From NCBI GenBank assembly GCA_004347695.1, contig SLTK01000009.1, positions 194,328-258,327 on the forward strand: a stretch of DNA of 64,000 nt, given 5' to 3'. Positions 26,486 through 35,024 of this stretch are shown piece by piece. Position 1 is the first letter of the stretch, and every line of letters begins with the position of its first letter. The DNA comes from Chloroflexota bacterium (lineage in GTDB: Bacteria > Chloroflexota > Anaerolineae > Anaerolineales > Anaerolineaceae). Both the position numbers and the translations under genes were made by a program. The notes under the pieces are model-generated. The model had not been told where the DNA came from. It saw nothing but the letters and a program-made list of their open reading frames with translations, and ran no database searches.

Positions 26486-29089
26486 ATGGCTGAGCTATCC
26501 ACATCAAAAAACACCATCTGGCATACGTCAACCATTGACGAAACTGGTTCCCAACTCGGTAGCAGCATAACGGCTGGATTGACTGATCAGGAGGCAAAAT
26601 CACGTCTCAACCGTTTTGGCCAAAATTCACTGACAGAAGAAAAGAAAGAATCTTTCTGGCATGAATTCTTTGAGGAACTACGCGAGCCGATGGTTCTGAT
26701 GTTGTTGGTGACGGGCGTGCTATATGCCATCTGGGGTGAACTCTCGGATGCGATTACTATTTTTGTCATCATCCTGACGCTCAACACCGTGGAGGTGGTT
26801 AACGAGCAACGTTCGAAAAAAGCCATCGCAAGTCTGCGCAAACTGGCTGAACCTACCACATCTGTGCGCCGGGGTGAACATTTTACTGAGATTCCGGTAG
26901 ATCAGGTTGTTCCAGGCGATTTGGTACTGCTTCGGGACGGACACCGCGTGCCAGCGGACGCTCGCCTGGTGGAAGCGTATGGACTTTCAGTCGATGAATC
27001 CGCGCTGACGGGCGAATCGTTACCCGTGGAAAAACAGGTAGAGCCTATTGCCAATTCGGAAATTCCGCTGGCTGAACGTCGCAACATGGTGTATTCCTCA
27101 ACGCTGATAAGCCGGGGAAAAGGCAAGGCTATCGTTGTCTCAACCGGCATGAATACCGAGATTGGACGCGTTGCCGGGATGGCGCGCCAGGTCAAGGAAC
27201 CGCACACACCCTTACAAAACATGATGTCAGAACTGAGCAGAGTGCTAATTTGGGTGGCGCTTGGTTTCAGCGTGCTGGTCCCACTGATCGGGATCATCTT
27301 TACCCACCAGCCACCCAAGCAAATGCTCCTTACCGGCCTCTCTCTGGCATTCGCTACCATTCCCGAAGAATTACCCATCATTATCACGATGGTTTTATCT
27401 TTAGGCGCATTCCGCCTGTCGAAAAAACATGCTGTTGCCAAGCGGTTGAGCGGCGTTGAATCTCTGGGATCGGTGACGGTGATTGCCACGGATAAGACCG
27501 GCACCCTGACCGAAAACCGAATGGAAGTTGCTCGTTTTGAACCGGAAGACGCCCGGTACCGTATGCTGGAAATTGGAATGCTCTGCAACGATGCGATTGA
27601 AGATGGATCGAGTTTCACTGGCGACCCTGTGGATATTGCGTTGTTGCAGTCAGCGCAAAAGTTCGGGGTCGATGTGAAAACAGAACGAAAAAACCGCCCG
27701 ATTATCCATGAATTTACCTTTGATAATAATCGCAAACGTATGTCCACGATTTCTCTGAAGAACGGGCAACCGTGGGCGGCAGTGAAAGGTTCTCCCGAAA
27801 CAGTGATGTCGCAGTGCACCCAGATGAGGATTGGCGACACCATTAAACCACTGCCTGCCGCCACGAGGCAGGCAATTTTGGACCGAGTGTCAGAGTTGGC
27901 CACTGATGGACTTCGCGTGTTGGCTTTTGCCGAGCGGAATTTACCACAACCCAACCTGGATCAGGAAACGGTTGAAAACGAGCTGGCTTTTATTGGTTTA
28001 GTCGGGCTGCAGGATCCTCCACGCCCGGAAGCTCGGGGCGCCATTGCCACCTGCCAGCAAGCTGGCGTGCGCGTCATCATGATCACCGGCGACCACCCGC
28101 TCACCGCCAGAGCGATAGGCAGGCAAGTCGGGCTTAATGGCGATCATGCGGTGGTTACCGGGCCGGAATTGGAACAGTTCTCTGACGATCAATTAAAAAC
28201 AGTTGTTCAGCACGCATCCATTTTCGCGCGCACCACACCGGAGCATAAATTGCGGATAGTCCAGGCGCTGCAGGCGTTGGGCGAACGCCTGGCGGTTACC
28301 GGTGATGGTGTAAATGATGCTCCGGCGCTATCGGCTGCCGATATTGGCGTAGCCATGGGTGTGACGGGTACGGACGTGGCTCGCGAGGCCAGCGATATGG
28401 TGTTGATGGATGACAATTTCACTACCATCGTCGCTGCGGTCAAGGAGGGCCGCCTGATCTATGAGAATCTCAAGAAGGGTGTGCGTTATTATCTGACCTG
28501 CAAATTAGCGCTGGTATTGATCAACCTGCTGCCAACACTCCTGTTGGTACCGGTACCCTTTGCCCCGGTACAAATCATTGTAATGGAGCTGTTCATGGAC
28601 CTGATGGCGGCGGCGTCTTTTGTGGCCGAAAAACCCGAGACGGATCTGCTGAACCAGAAACCGCGCGACCCTAAAGCGAAATTCATGGATAAAACCATGG
28701 TCAGCAGTATAGGTGTATCCTCATTGGGGCTTTTTGCCGCGGTGACCGTAGTCTATCTTTTTACCTGGTACAGCACGAAAGACGCTGTCACCTCACAGAC
28801 AATTGCCTTCTTTGGCTGGTTGATCGGGCATGTTCTGTTAGCCTTCAACATGCGCTCCGAGCATCAACCCATGCTTCATCTGGGTCTTACCAGCAACCAC
28901 GTGATGTTGCTCTGGACTGCTGCAATTGCTCTGTTCCTAATCGCAATCTCCACCATTCCAGGCGCTCAAAGCTTGATGAAAATCACAAGCCTGACAGGCT
29001 TCCAGTGGGGCATGATCCTGGCGGCGACCATTGTCGGGACATTCTGGATGGAAATCAAGAAAATGATTTTTTACCAAAAGAAAAAATAG
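26486..29089 (+). CDS. cation-transporting P-type ATPase (type II-like)
   Basis: TGES, DKTGTLT, KGSPE, DPPR, MITGDH, GDGVNDAPAL. Confidence 0.95.
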   Translation: MAELSTSKNTIWHTSTIDETGSQLGSSITAGLTDQEAKSRLNRFGQNSLTEEKKESFWHEFFEELREPMVLMLLVTGVLYAIWGELSDAITIFVIILTLNTVEVVNEQRSKKAIASLRKLAEPTTSVRRGEHFTEIPVDQVVPGDLVLLRDGHRVPADARLVEAYGLSVDESALTGESLPVEKQVEPIANSEIPLAERRNMVYSSTLISRGKGKAIVVSTGMNTEIGRVAGMARQVKEPHTPLQNMMSELSRVLIWVALGFSVLVPLIGIIFTHQPPKQMLLTGLSLAFATIPEELPIIITMVLSLGAFRLSKKHAVAKRLSGVESLGSVTVIATDKTGTLTENRMEVARFEPEDARYRMLEIGMLCNDAIEDGSSFTGDPVDIALLQSAQKFGVDVKTERKNRPIIHEFTFDNNRKRMSTISLKNGQPWAAVKGSPETVMSQCTQMRIGDTIKPLPAATRQAILDRVSELATDGLRVLAFAERNLPQPNLDQETVENELAFIGLVGLQDPPRPEARGAIATCQQAGVRVIMITGDHPLTARAIGRQVGLNGDHAVVTGPELEQFSDDQLKTVVQHASIFARTTPEHKLRIVQALQALGERLAVTGDGVNDAPALSAADIGVAMGVTGTDVAREASDMVLMDDNFTTIVAAVKEGRLIYENLKKGVRYYLTCKLALVLINLLPTLLLVPVPFAPVQIIVMELFMDLMAAASFVAEKPETDLLNQKPRDPKAKFMDKTMVSSIGVSSLGLFAAVTVVYLFTWYSTKDAVTSQTIAFFGWLIGHVLLAFNMRSEHQPMLHLGLTSNHVMLLWTAAIALFLIAISTIPGAQSLMKITSLTGFQWGMILAATIVGTFWMEIKKMIFYQKKK

Positions 29090-29247
29090 CTGGGCGCTTC
29101 TGAAAGCAAAAGCTTAGAATTCAAATTACGTTTTGTGACAGCTTTGCCCATTTGGCACCAAAGCATGGTCTCTTCCCACAACAATGGGTCCTTTCGGGCA
29201 GGGAAATACGGCCGTTACCTGCCTACCTGACTGCCAGGAAGTAAATT

Positions 29248-29730
29248 TTACGGCTCGATGGGATAACCGGCGTCCCGCCAGGCAGCAAATCCGCCTGAGA
29301 TCGCCTGGACATTAGCGAAACCGTTTTCCTGGAGGATGAGCGCCGCACCGGCGCTCGATTCTTCGGCCGGTCAGGTACAGTAGGTGATGATCCATTGATT
29401 TTTATCCAACTCGGCCATGCGGCTGCGTACCGTGCTGTAGGGGATGTTGAGTGCCCCGGAAACATGACCCGCTGAATAATATTCCGGGTCGCGCACATCC
29501 ACAAAAACCGCCGAACCGTCATCATAGGCTGCTTTGGCGTCCTGCAGTGAAATTCGCGCCACTTCCGGGAATGGAAATTCGGTAGTTGGGACAGGGTTCG
29601 TTTGCGCTGCCGGGATTTCTGGGCCAAGCACCTTGATGGTTTGCCAGATGACGACGCCCAGAATGATTACGGAGCCTAAAATCATCAGAATAATCGGAGT
29701 GGTTGGATTTTTTGGTTGTTTGCGCGCCAT
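29248..29730 (-). CDS. membrane-anchored rhodanese-like selenoprotein (UGA at 29371-29373 read as Sec120), 160 aa
   Basis: The track ORF stops at YCT-TGA. The frame continues PAEESSAGAALILQENGFANVQAISGGFAAWRDAGYPIEP-TAA, completing the rhodanese fold (VDVR, GHVSGALNIP, GGF.AW...G.P). SECIS-like hairpin follows. Confidence 0.85.
29338..29356 (-). promoter_or_regulatory. bacterial SECIS-like hairpin
   Basis: GAGCGCC-GGUGC-GGCGCUC: 7-bp stem, loop beginning GG, loop 21 nt downstream of the UGA. Confidence 0.7.
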
Positions 29731-29900
29731 ATAAATTTCCTTTGCAAGGAATGATGATCAGAGCCAACATTATAACTGCTCGTTGGAGATCTATTTTTTG
29801 CTTTGACCTATTTTGAGGATTTCGTGGCGGGGCGAACGTATCATTCGCCGCAAAAATCTTCATTAATAAACCAAACCTTGTTCATCACAGAGGTATGGAA

Positions 29901-29931
29901 CCCCTCACCTAACCTCTCCCCACGGGAGAGG
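29901..29931. repeat. CCCCTCACC..CCTCTCCC/GGGAGAGG-type intergenic palindromic repeat
   Basis: CCCCTCACCTAACCTCTCCCCACGGGAGAGG with CCTCTCCC/GGGAGAGG arms. Confidence 0.5.
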
Positions 29932-29967
29932 AATTTTCGCTTCGTGTTTGGTGGTTCAATCTTTATT

Positions 29968-30696
29968 TTACGGCACCCGGCCGATGGCGTAGAAGGTCGG
30001 CACGAAGAGGATGCGCTCACCGTGCTGCCAGGCGGCGGCGTCGATGCGGCGCAGCTCTGCAAGGCGTTCGGCGGGCAGGCTGCCGGCCAAATCGGCTTCC
30101 AGTGCCGCCCATTCCAGATCCCAACCGTCTTCCAACTGCATGGCGCTCCATTCCCCGCCCATGACGCCGCTGGTGACCTGCTGCAGCCCGGCGGCGGTGA
30201 ACAGGGCAGCCAACTTACGACCCCTATGTGGGTCTGCGCCCTGGCGCTCCAGCGCTGATCCCTGAAGCTGACCAATTTCTGCAAGCTCGGCCGGGAAGTC
30301 AATGCGCGCGCCGTAATCGGGTTCTGCCAGCGCCAGGATCATCCCGCCGGGGCGAGTGACGCGCCGCATTTCGGCCAGCACGCGGGCGGCGTTCACCCAC
30401 AGAAGAAAATAATGCGTCAGGCAGGCATCGAAGCTGGCGTCGGCATATGGCAGGGTGTCTGCGTCGGCGCGCACCAATCGGGCGCGCGGGACGGCATGCT
30501 GTGCGATCTGCAAATGCTGCCAATCCCAATCCAGGCCGTGCAGTGTTCCGGCGGGGCAATCTGTCAGCACCGCGCCGGTACCGCAGCCGGGTTCAAGGAC
30601 GCGAGCGGTCCTGGTGAGACCGGCTTTTTCGTAGAGATAGCGGCGAATCTGAGCGGTCCAGCCGGCCTGCTGGGTGTAGCGGGCGTGCCAGTCCAC
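29968..30696 (-). CDS. class I SAM-dependent methyltransferase
   Basis: VLEPGCGTG, LHGLD, ADADTLPYADASFD, LAEMRRVTRPGG. Start uncertain: GTG 30696 chosen just after the upstream stop; the ORF extends to 30750. Confidence 0.88.
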   Translation of the reverse strand: MDWHARYTQQAGWTAQIRRYLYEKAGLTRTARVLEPGCGTGAVLTDCPAGTLHGLDWDWQHLQIAQHAVPRARLVRADADTLPYADASFDACLTHYFLLWVNAARVLAEMRRVTRPGGMILALAEPDYGARIDFPAELAEIGQLQGSALERQGADPHRGRKLAALFTAAGLQQVTSGVMGGEWSAMQLEDGWDLEWAALEADLAGSLPAERLAELRRIDAAAWQHGERILFVPTFYAIGRVP

Positions 30697-30704
30697 TGGC
30701 TGGC

Positions 30705-31877
30705 CTAAACCGGGGCGACTTCGCGCGCCCGCAGCCAGATTTGCTCCCACGGGTCATTTAGTAGATTGCCAAGGATGGCGTTGGAACCCTGGCGCGGCAG
30801 TACATCGCCGTCGGGCTCGACGTACAACCAGGAACGGCCGGCGCCGGCAATGTGTTCGCCAACTTCATTCAGTTCCAGCGCTACCGGATTCAACTGCGAA
30901 TAGGGCACCGGTAGATCCCAGACCAACTCGATATGATGATGAGCGGCTAGCTCGCGGGCGGATTCAAGTTCAAGTTTGAGCGCGCCAGAAGCCTCGCTCA
31001 GGCTCAGCGAAGCGACATTTAGTTCAGCAAGGCGTTCCAGAATTGCGGGAATGTTTGATGCGTTCTGCTCTGTGACAGTAAGATGGACGGTTACGAACAG
31101 GTCCTCGGCCAGAACATCACGCAACGCCTCCCAGGATTGCTCCTCGGCGGGATTCAGCACCAACATCAGGTGATCCAGACCAGCCTGCAACACGGAGTGC
31201 AGGTATCCGGTTTCGGAGAAACGCAGGCCGTCACTGAGCACTCCGGCGACCATGCCAAGCTGTTCGGCGTGGGTGATCAATTCCACCAGGTCGGGGCGCA
31301 GGGTGGGCTCGCCGCCGGTAAAAATCACATGTGGAATGCCGGCGTTCCAGGCTTTGTCCAGGATGGTGATCCATTCTTCAGTGGTCAGGTTGCGGCGGAC
31401 GCGGTCAACCGGGGCGCTGGCAGCGTGCTCCCGGTCAGCGGTCTCGTAAGTCAGCGCGCAGTCCAGACGCAACGGCGCCATCAACTTTTGCGAATGCGGG
31501 GCTGTGCGCTCGAAATCGAGGTAGGTGGCCGGGTCAAGGTCGGGTGTTTCCACCAGCGTGGCTACCCGCTGCGAGAAATCCTGGAAGTCCTGCAATGCAT
31601 CCGAGGCAGGTACGCGGTAGCGTTTGGCAATCGCGGTCGCGACCTCGCCGGGGGGTGTCTGATGCAGTAAATGATAGGCATACTCGGTGGCGGTCTGGTT
31701 GAGGTGCAGCACGGTGGAGGCATTGACGATCAAAATGCCTTCGCCGCCTTCCTCGATGCGCAGGTGCAACCGAAAAGGCACCGGCACGTCCGGCGGCGAC
31801 TGGTAGTGGTGCACGCCAGGAGGAAGAGGCGTCTGTTGAGTGAAAAAGCGGTCCAAATAATTGCGAATTTTATCCAT
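30705..31877 (-). CDS. radical-SAM-fold protein with N-terminal PqqD/RRE-like domain, lacking CxxxCxxC and SPASM cysteines
   Basis: Paralogue of the adjacent gene (GIPHVIFTGGEPTLRPDL, AGLDH, EPDGDVLP..LGN.L.DPWEQIW). LTYETADREHAA replaces LTYRCNNNCAHC. ATG 31877 with GGAGG RBS. Confidence 0.85.
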   Translation of the reverse strand: MDKIRNYLDRFFTQQTPLPPGVHHYQSPPDVPVPFRLHLRIEEGGEGILIVNASTVLHLNQTATEYAYHLLHQTPPGEVATAIAKRYRVPASDALQDFQDFSQRVATLVETPDLDPATYLDFERTAPHSQKLMAPLRLDCALTYETADREHAASAPVDRVRRNLTTEEWITILDKAWNAGIPHVIFTGGEPTLRPDLVELITHAEQLGMVAGVLSDGLRFSETGYLHSVLQAGLDHLMLVLNPAEEQSWEALRDVLAEDLFVTVHLTVTEQNASNIPAILERLAELNVASLSLSEASGALKLELESARELAAHHHIELVWDLPVPYSQLNPVALELNEVGEHIAGAGRSWLYVEPDGDVLPRQGSNAILGNLLNDPWEQIWLRAREVAPV

Positions 31878-31915
31878 TTTTTCTTTCCTCCGTCCCGGGC
31901 GATGAAAATTGGGGG

Positions 31916-33283
31916 CTAAACCGGCGTGACTACGGTCTGTTCGGTTCGCGCCAGCGGGCAACCTCCGCCGCATTCAGCTAATAAGGCGCAGGAATTACAC
32001 TCTACGGGCAGGTTGCGGCGTTCGCGCAGGCTGAGCGCCAGCTCATGGTTCCAGATGCTTTCCCAGGGGTCAGTCAGGATGTTGCCGAGCGCGGTATAGT
32101 AGGACTGGCAGGGCAGCACCGAGCCGTCCGGTTCGATACACATGTTGTAAAGGGCGGCCGAACAACCCTTGACGCCCAGTTCCATTTGCACCGGGTCAAA
32201 ATTGCAGTACTGGGTGGGCGTGTACCAGATCAAGCGCTGAGCGGCGGAATCCGTCTTCTGGCGGGCGATATTCAGCAGCGGCGGCAAGGCGGACTCAGGC
32301 AAGCCGCTACCCACTTTCGCTCCGCGACCGGAATAGATCAGTGCATTCAACCCGACGGTCGGCACCCCTAATTCGGCCAGGAAGTCCAGCGTCTGAGATA
32401 GGAAGGGCGCGTTCGATCGCAGCAGCGTGGTATTGGTCATGACAAACAGGCGGGTTGCCAGCGCATTGCGCACACCGGCAACTGTTTCCTGCCAGGCGCC
32501 GTGCGGCGCGACCATGGCGTCATGGATGGCGGGGTCATGCGACTCGAGGGTGATTTGAACATGATCCAGGCCGGCATCCACCAGTTGCTGGACGAATGCC
32601 GGATCTTTCAGTTTGCGCCCGTTGGTATTGATGCCGGTGATCTGGCCCAGCCCTTCGGCGTGGGCGATCAGCTCGGGCAGGTCCGGCCGCAGGGTAGGCT
32701 CTCCGCCGGTGAACACGATGTGCGGGATGCCGATTTTCCACAGCAGGTCGAGGGTGCGCTTCCAGGCAACGGTATCCATCTCGGGGAAGTTGCGCGGCCG
32801 GGCATTGTAGCAGTGCGCGCAGTTGTTGTTGCAGCGGTAGGTCAGCGCCAGGTCCATGCGGTAGGGCGCGGAAGGGTGCTGCGAGAACGGCGCCAGCACT
32901 TCCAGCTCCAGGTCATGCACCGGGCAGGCGCCGTCAGGCGCGGTAAGTTCATCCAATTGCGGGATGAACTGCGCATAGTCAAGTAACGCTTCCTCGCCGG
33001 GTACTTTGAATTGACGGGTGATGGCGCGCACCGCGGTCGGCTGGGGGACTTTTTCCAGCGCCAGGTAGGCCATCAGGGCGGCGGTGGGGTTGAGGTGAAA
33101 GGCTCGGTTGGCGTTGACCAGCAGCAGCCCATGTCCATCCGCTTCCAGGCGCAAATGGATGCGGGCTTTGCCGTCGCGGTCCTCCCGGCTGTAGTGGTAA
33201 ACCCCGGATTTGGGCAGACCGGGTACTTGGGCACTTCCGCTCATAAGAAAGCGCGGGAACAGATTCGAAATGCGTTTTACCAT
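31916..33283 (-). CDS. radical SAM/SPASM enzyme with N-terminal PqqD/RRE-like domain
   Basis: CNNNCAHC, FTGGEP, NTNG; SPASM KGC...CIEPDGSVLPC...ECNSCALLAECGGGCP. N-terminal LLLVNANRAFHLNPTAA...AITRQFKVP...D is RRE-like. ATG 33283 with AAGGGA RBS; the longer track start is the alternative frame of the CA repeat. Confidence 0.92.
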   Translation of the reverse strand: MVKRISNLFPRFLMSGSAQVPGLPKSGVYHYSREDRDGKARIHLRLEADGHGLLLVNANRAFHLNPTAALMAYLALEKVPQPTAVRAITRQFKVPGEEALLDYAQFIPQLDELTAPDGACPVHDLELEVLAPFSQHPSAPYRMDLALTYRCNNNCAHCYNARPRNFPEMDTVAWKRTLDLLWKIGIPHIVFTGGEPTLRPDLPELIAHAEGLGQITGINTNGRKLKDPAFVQQLVDAGLDHVQITLESHDPAIHDAMVAPHGAWQETVAGVRNALATRLFVMTNTTLLRSNAPFLSQTLDFLAELGVPTVGLNALIYSGRGAKVGSGLPESALPPLLNIARQKTDSAAQRLIWYTPTQYCNFDPVQMELGVKGCSAALYNMCIEPDGSVLPCQSYYTALGNILTDPWESIWNHELALSLRERRNLPVECNSCALLAECGGGCPLARTEQTVVTPV

Positions 33284-33297
33284 TAACAGATTCCCTT

Positions 33298-34998
33298 TTA
33301 TCGTCCGCCGCCAGCGCAGGCGCAGGCACATCCGGCACAGGCGCAAGCACAGGCGCACGAGCGTCCGCCGCCACCTGATCCGCCGGAGCGGGTGTAGGTA
33401 GTCTTGGGTACCGGATTGGTCTTATTCGTGATGGTGTCGGTGAAGCTTGTCAAGTTGCCGACCACGCTGGCCGAGAATTCCTGAGCGCCATTGACCATCG
33501 AAGCGGCAAAATCTGAGCCCGGTAGTTTGGGCAGGTTGATCGAGCCGCCCTGACTGGTTGACGGCATGGAAGGAAGCGAGGCTGCGGCCATGCCGCCGCC
33601 ACCACCACTCGGGCGCATGGCAGGATCAAAGCGCCACCACCAGGTGGGCACGAAGACCGGCTGCGGCCCGAAGGATTGCTGGGTGCGCCCGGACCATTCC
33701 TTGTCGAGCATGGTCCATTCCATTACCTGCTCGTAGGTTTCCGATTTGACCTCAGGAGTATCCGCGGCTGTGACCTGCGCCCATGCTTTTTCCATGATTG
33801 CCGTGTAGTACGCGATCGTTTCTTTGCGGCTGAAACCTTTCATCTTTTCGGAGATCGATTTGACCAGGCCAACCGTCACGGATTGCAGTTCGCGGCGCCG
33901 GGCAGCTTTGTCTTCGGTTTCGAAGGCTTTGCAGAAATCCACCTCATACGGCTGCAGGTTTTCAGGCAGTGGACTGACGACTTCCAGTTTGAGCGGTTCG
34001 CGCGTGACAACAGTAGCTGCGCCTTTTTTGAGCACGCTAAACAGAATCATGCTCATGACTTTATCGAGCGGCTGCTCCATCAGAATGGCTGCTTCGACCG
34101 CGGTCAAACCGCGCTTGATGCCATGGCCTTCGACCGCAATTTTTGGCGGCATGTATTGTAATTTGCGCTTTTCGGCAGCTTTCGCGCCGGCAATGCCGCC
34201 CCACACAATAAAAGCGGTTATCAGGCCGAAGCAAAGGAAGGGGAAGAGGGTATCTATGGAGATGGAACGGGAGTTTGGCGTTTCGGTCGCTACGACCACT
34301 TCGGCCGGCACCAGGGCCATGGGGAAGCTAGCGCCGAATTCATAAATGGTCGATGCATCCGCGTTGTCAGCAGTCCAGGTATACACCACCCGGTTCTGAT
34401 CATCGTAACTGGATGCCGGCTCGTCCGCACCCGGCCAATTGCCGGACGGAGTATGGTAACGCGGCTGCTCCGGTTCAACACCGGGCGGCAGAATGATACT
34501 GAAGGTGTAATTGGTCTTACCGCGTACCAGGCTTGAATCGAACCAACTGGGGGTGAACACCAGACTGGCATACGGTTCGGCTTCTTCCTGTGAACCAGGA
34601 CCCAGTGCATTGCGCACCACGCCCACCTGAACGCGCAGGGTGCCGCTTTGCCCTGGTCGGATCGCATTGGATCCCAGATGGAATTCTACGCCCGGGCTGA
34701 CATATTCGGAGTCAGCAATGCGGTCAACCGGCGCGCCGTCGATGGTCGCGCTAATGCTGTATAACTCATAATCGTAATTGGGCATGCCGACATCGACAAT
34801 GTCGATCGGGTCAGCGTTGGGCTCATTGGCAAACGTGATGGCATAATCCAGACTGAGGGTTCCATCCGAATTAACAAAAACGCTGACATTTTGAACCGGA
34901 ACTTCGAAGGAGTAATTCTGCGCCAGAGCTGTCGACGGGCTAACCAGCAAAATCAGCGCGATAAGCAGCAGGAGACCACCCCGAATCCTGTGCATCAA
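33298..34998 (-). CDS. single-pass membrane protein (DUF2207-like) with C-terminal Cys-Ala repeat tail
   Basis: Signal peptide, beta-rich ectodomain, one TM helix (LFPFLCFGLITAFIVWGGIAGA), cytoplasmic domain ending RSCACACACAGCACACAGGGR. Confidence 0.88.
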   Translation of the reverse strand: MMHRIRGGLLLLIALILLVSPSTALAQNYSFEVPVQNVSVFVNSDGTLSLDYAITFANEPNADPIDIVDVGMPNYDYELYSISATIDGAPVDRIADSEYVSPGVEFHLGSNAIRPGQSGTLRVQVGVVRNALGPGSQEEAEPYASLVFTPSWFDSSLVRGKTNYTFSIILPPGVEPEQPRYHTPSGNWPGADEPASSYDDQNRVVYTWTADNADASTIYEFGASFPMALVPAEVVVATETPNSRSISIDTLFPFLCFGLITAFIVWGGIAGAKAAEKRKLQYMPPKIAVEGHGIKRGLTAVEAAILMEQPLDKVMSMILFSVLKKGAATVVTREPLKLEVVSPLPENLQPYEVDFCKAFETEDKAARRRELQSVTVGLVKSISEKMKGFSRKETIAYYTAIMEKAWAQVTAADTPEVKSETYEQVMEWTMLDKEWSGRTQQSFGPQPVFVPTWWWRFDPAMRPSGGGGGMAAASLPSMPSTSQGGSINLPKLPGSDFAASMVNGAQEFSASVVGNLTSFTDTITNKTNPVPKTTYTRSGGSGGGGRSCACACACAGCACACAGGGR

Positions 34999-35024
34999 GC
35001 ACCTCCCTGATATAAGTTATAAAG

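Noticed and set aside
29152-29168. Third sigma-54 promoter (TGGCACC)
   Set aside because: No TTGC at the required spacing. The same applies to a candidate near 47350.
33284-33358. Track N-terminus MRLCLRLCRMCLRLRWRR as a Cys-rich leader or precursor peptide
   Set aside because: It is the alternative frame of the Cys-Ala tail codons; the rSAM gene has a proper RBS at ATG 33283.
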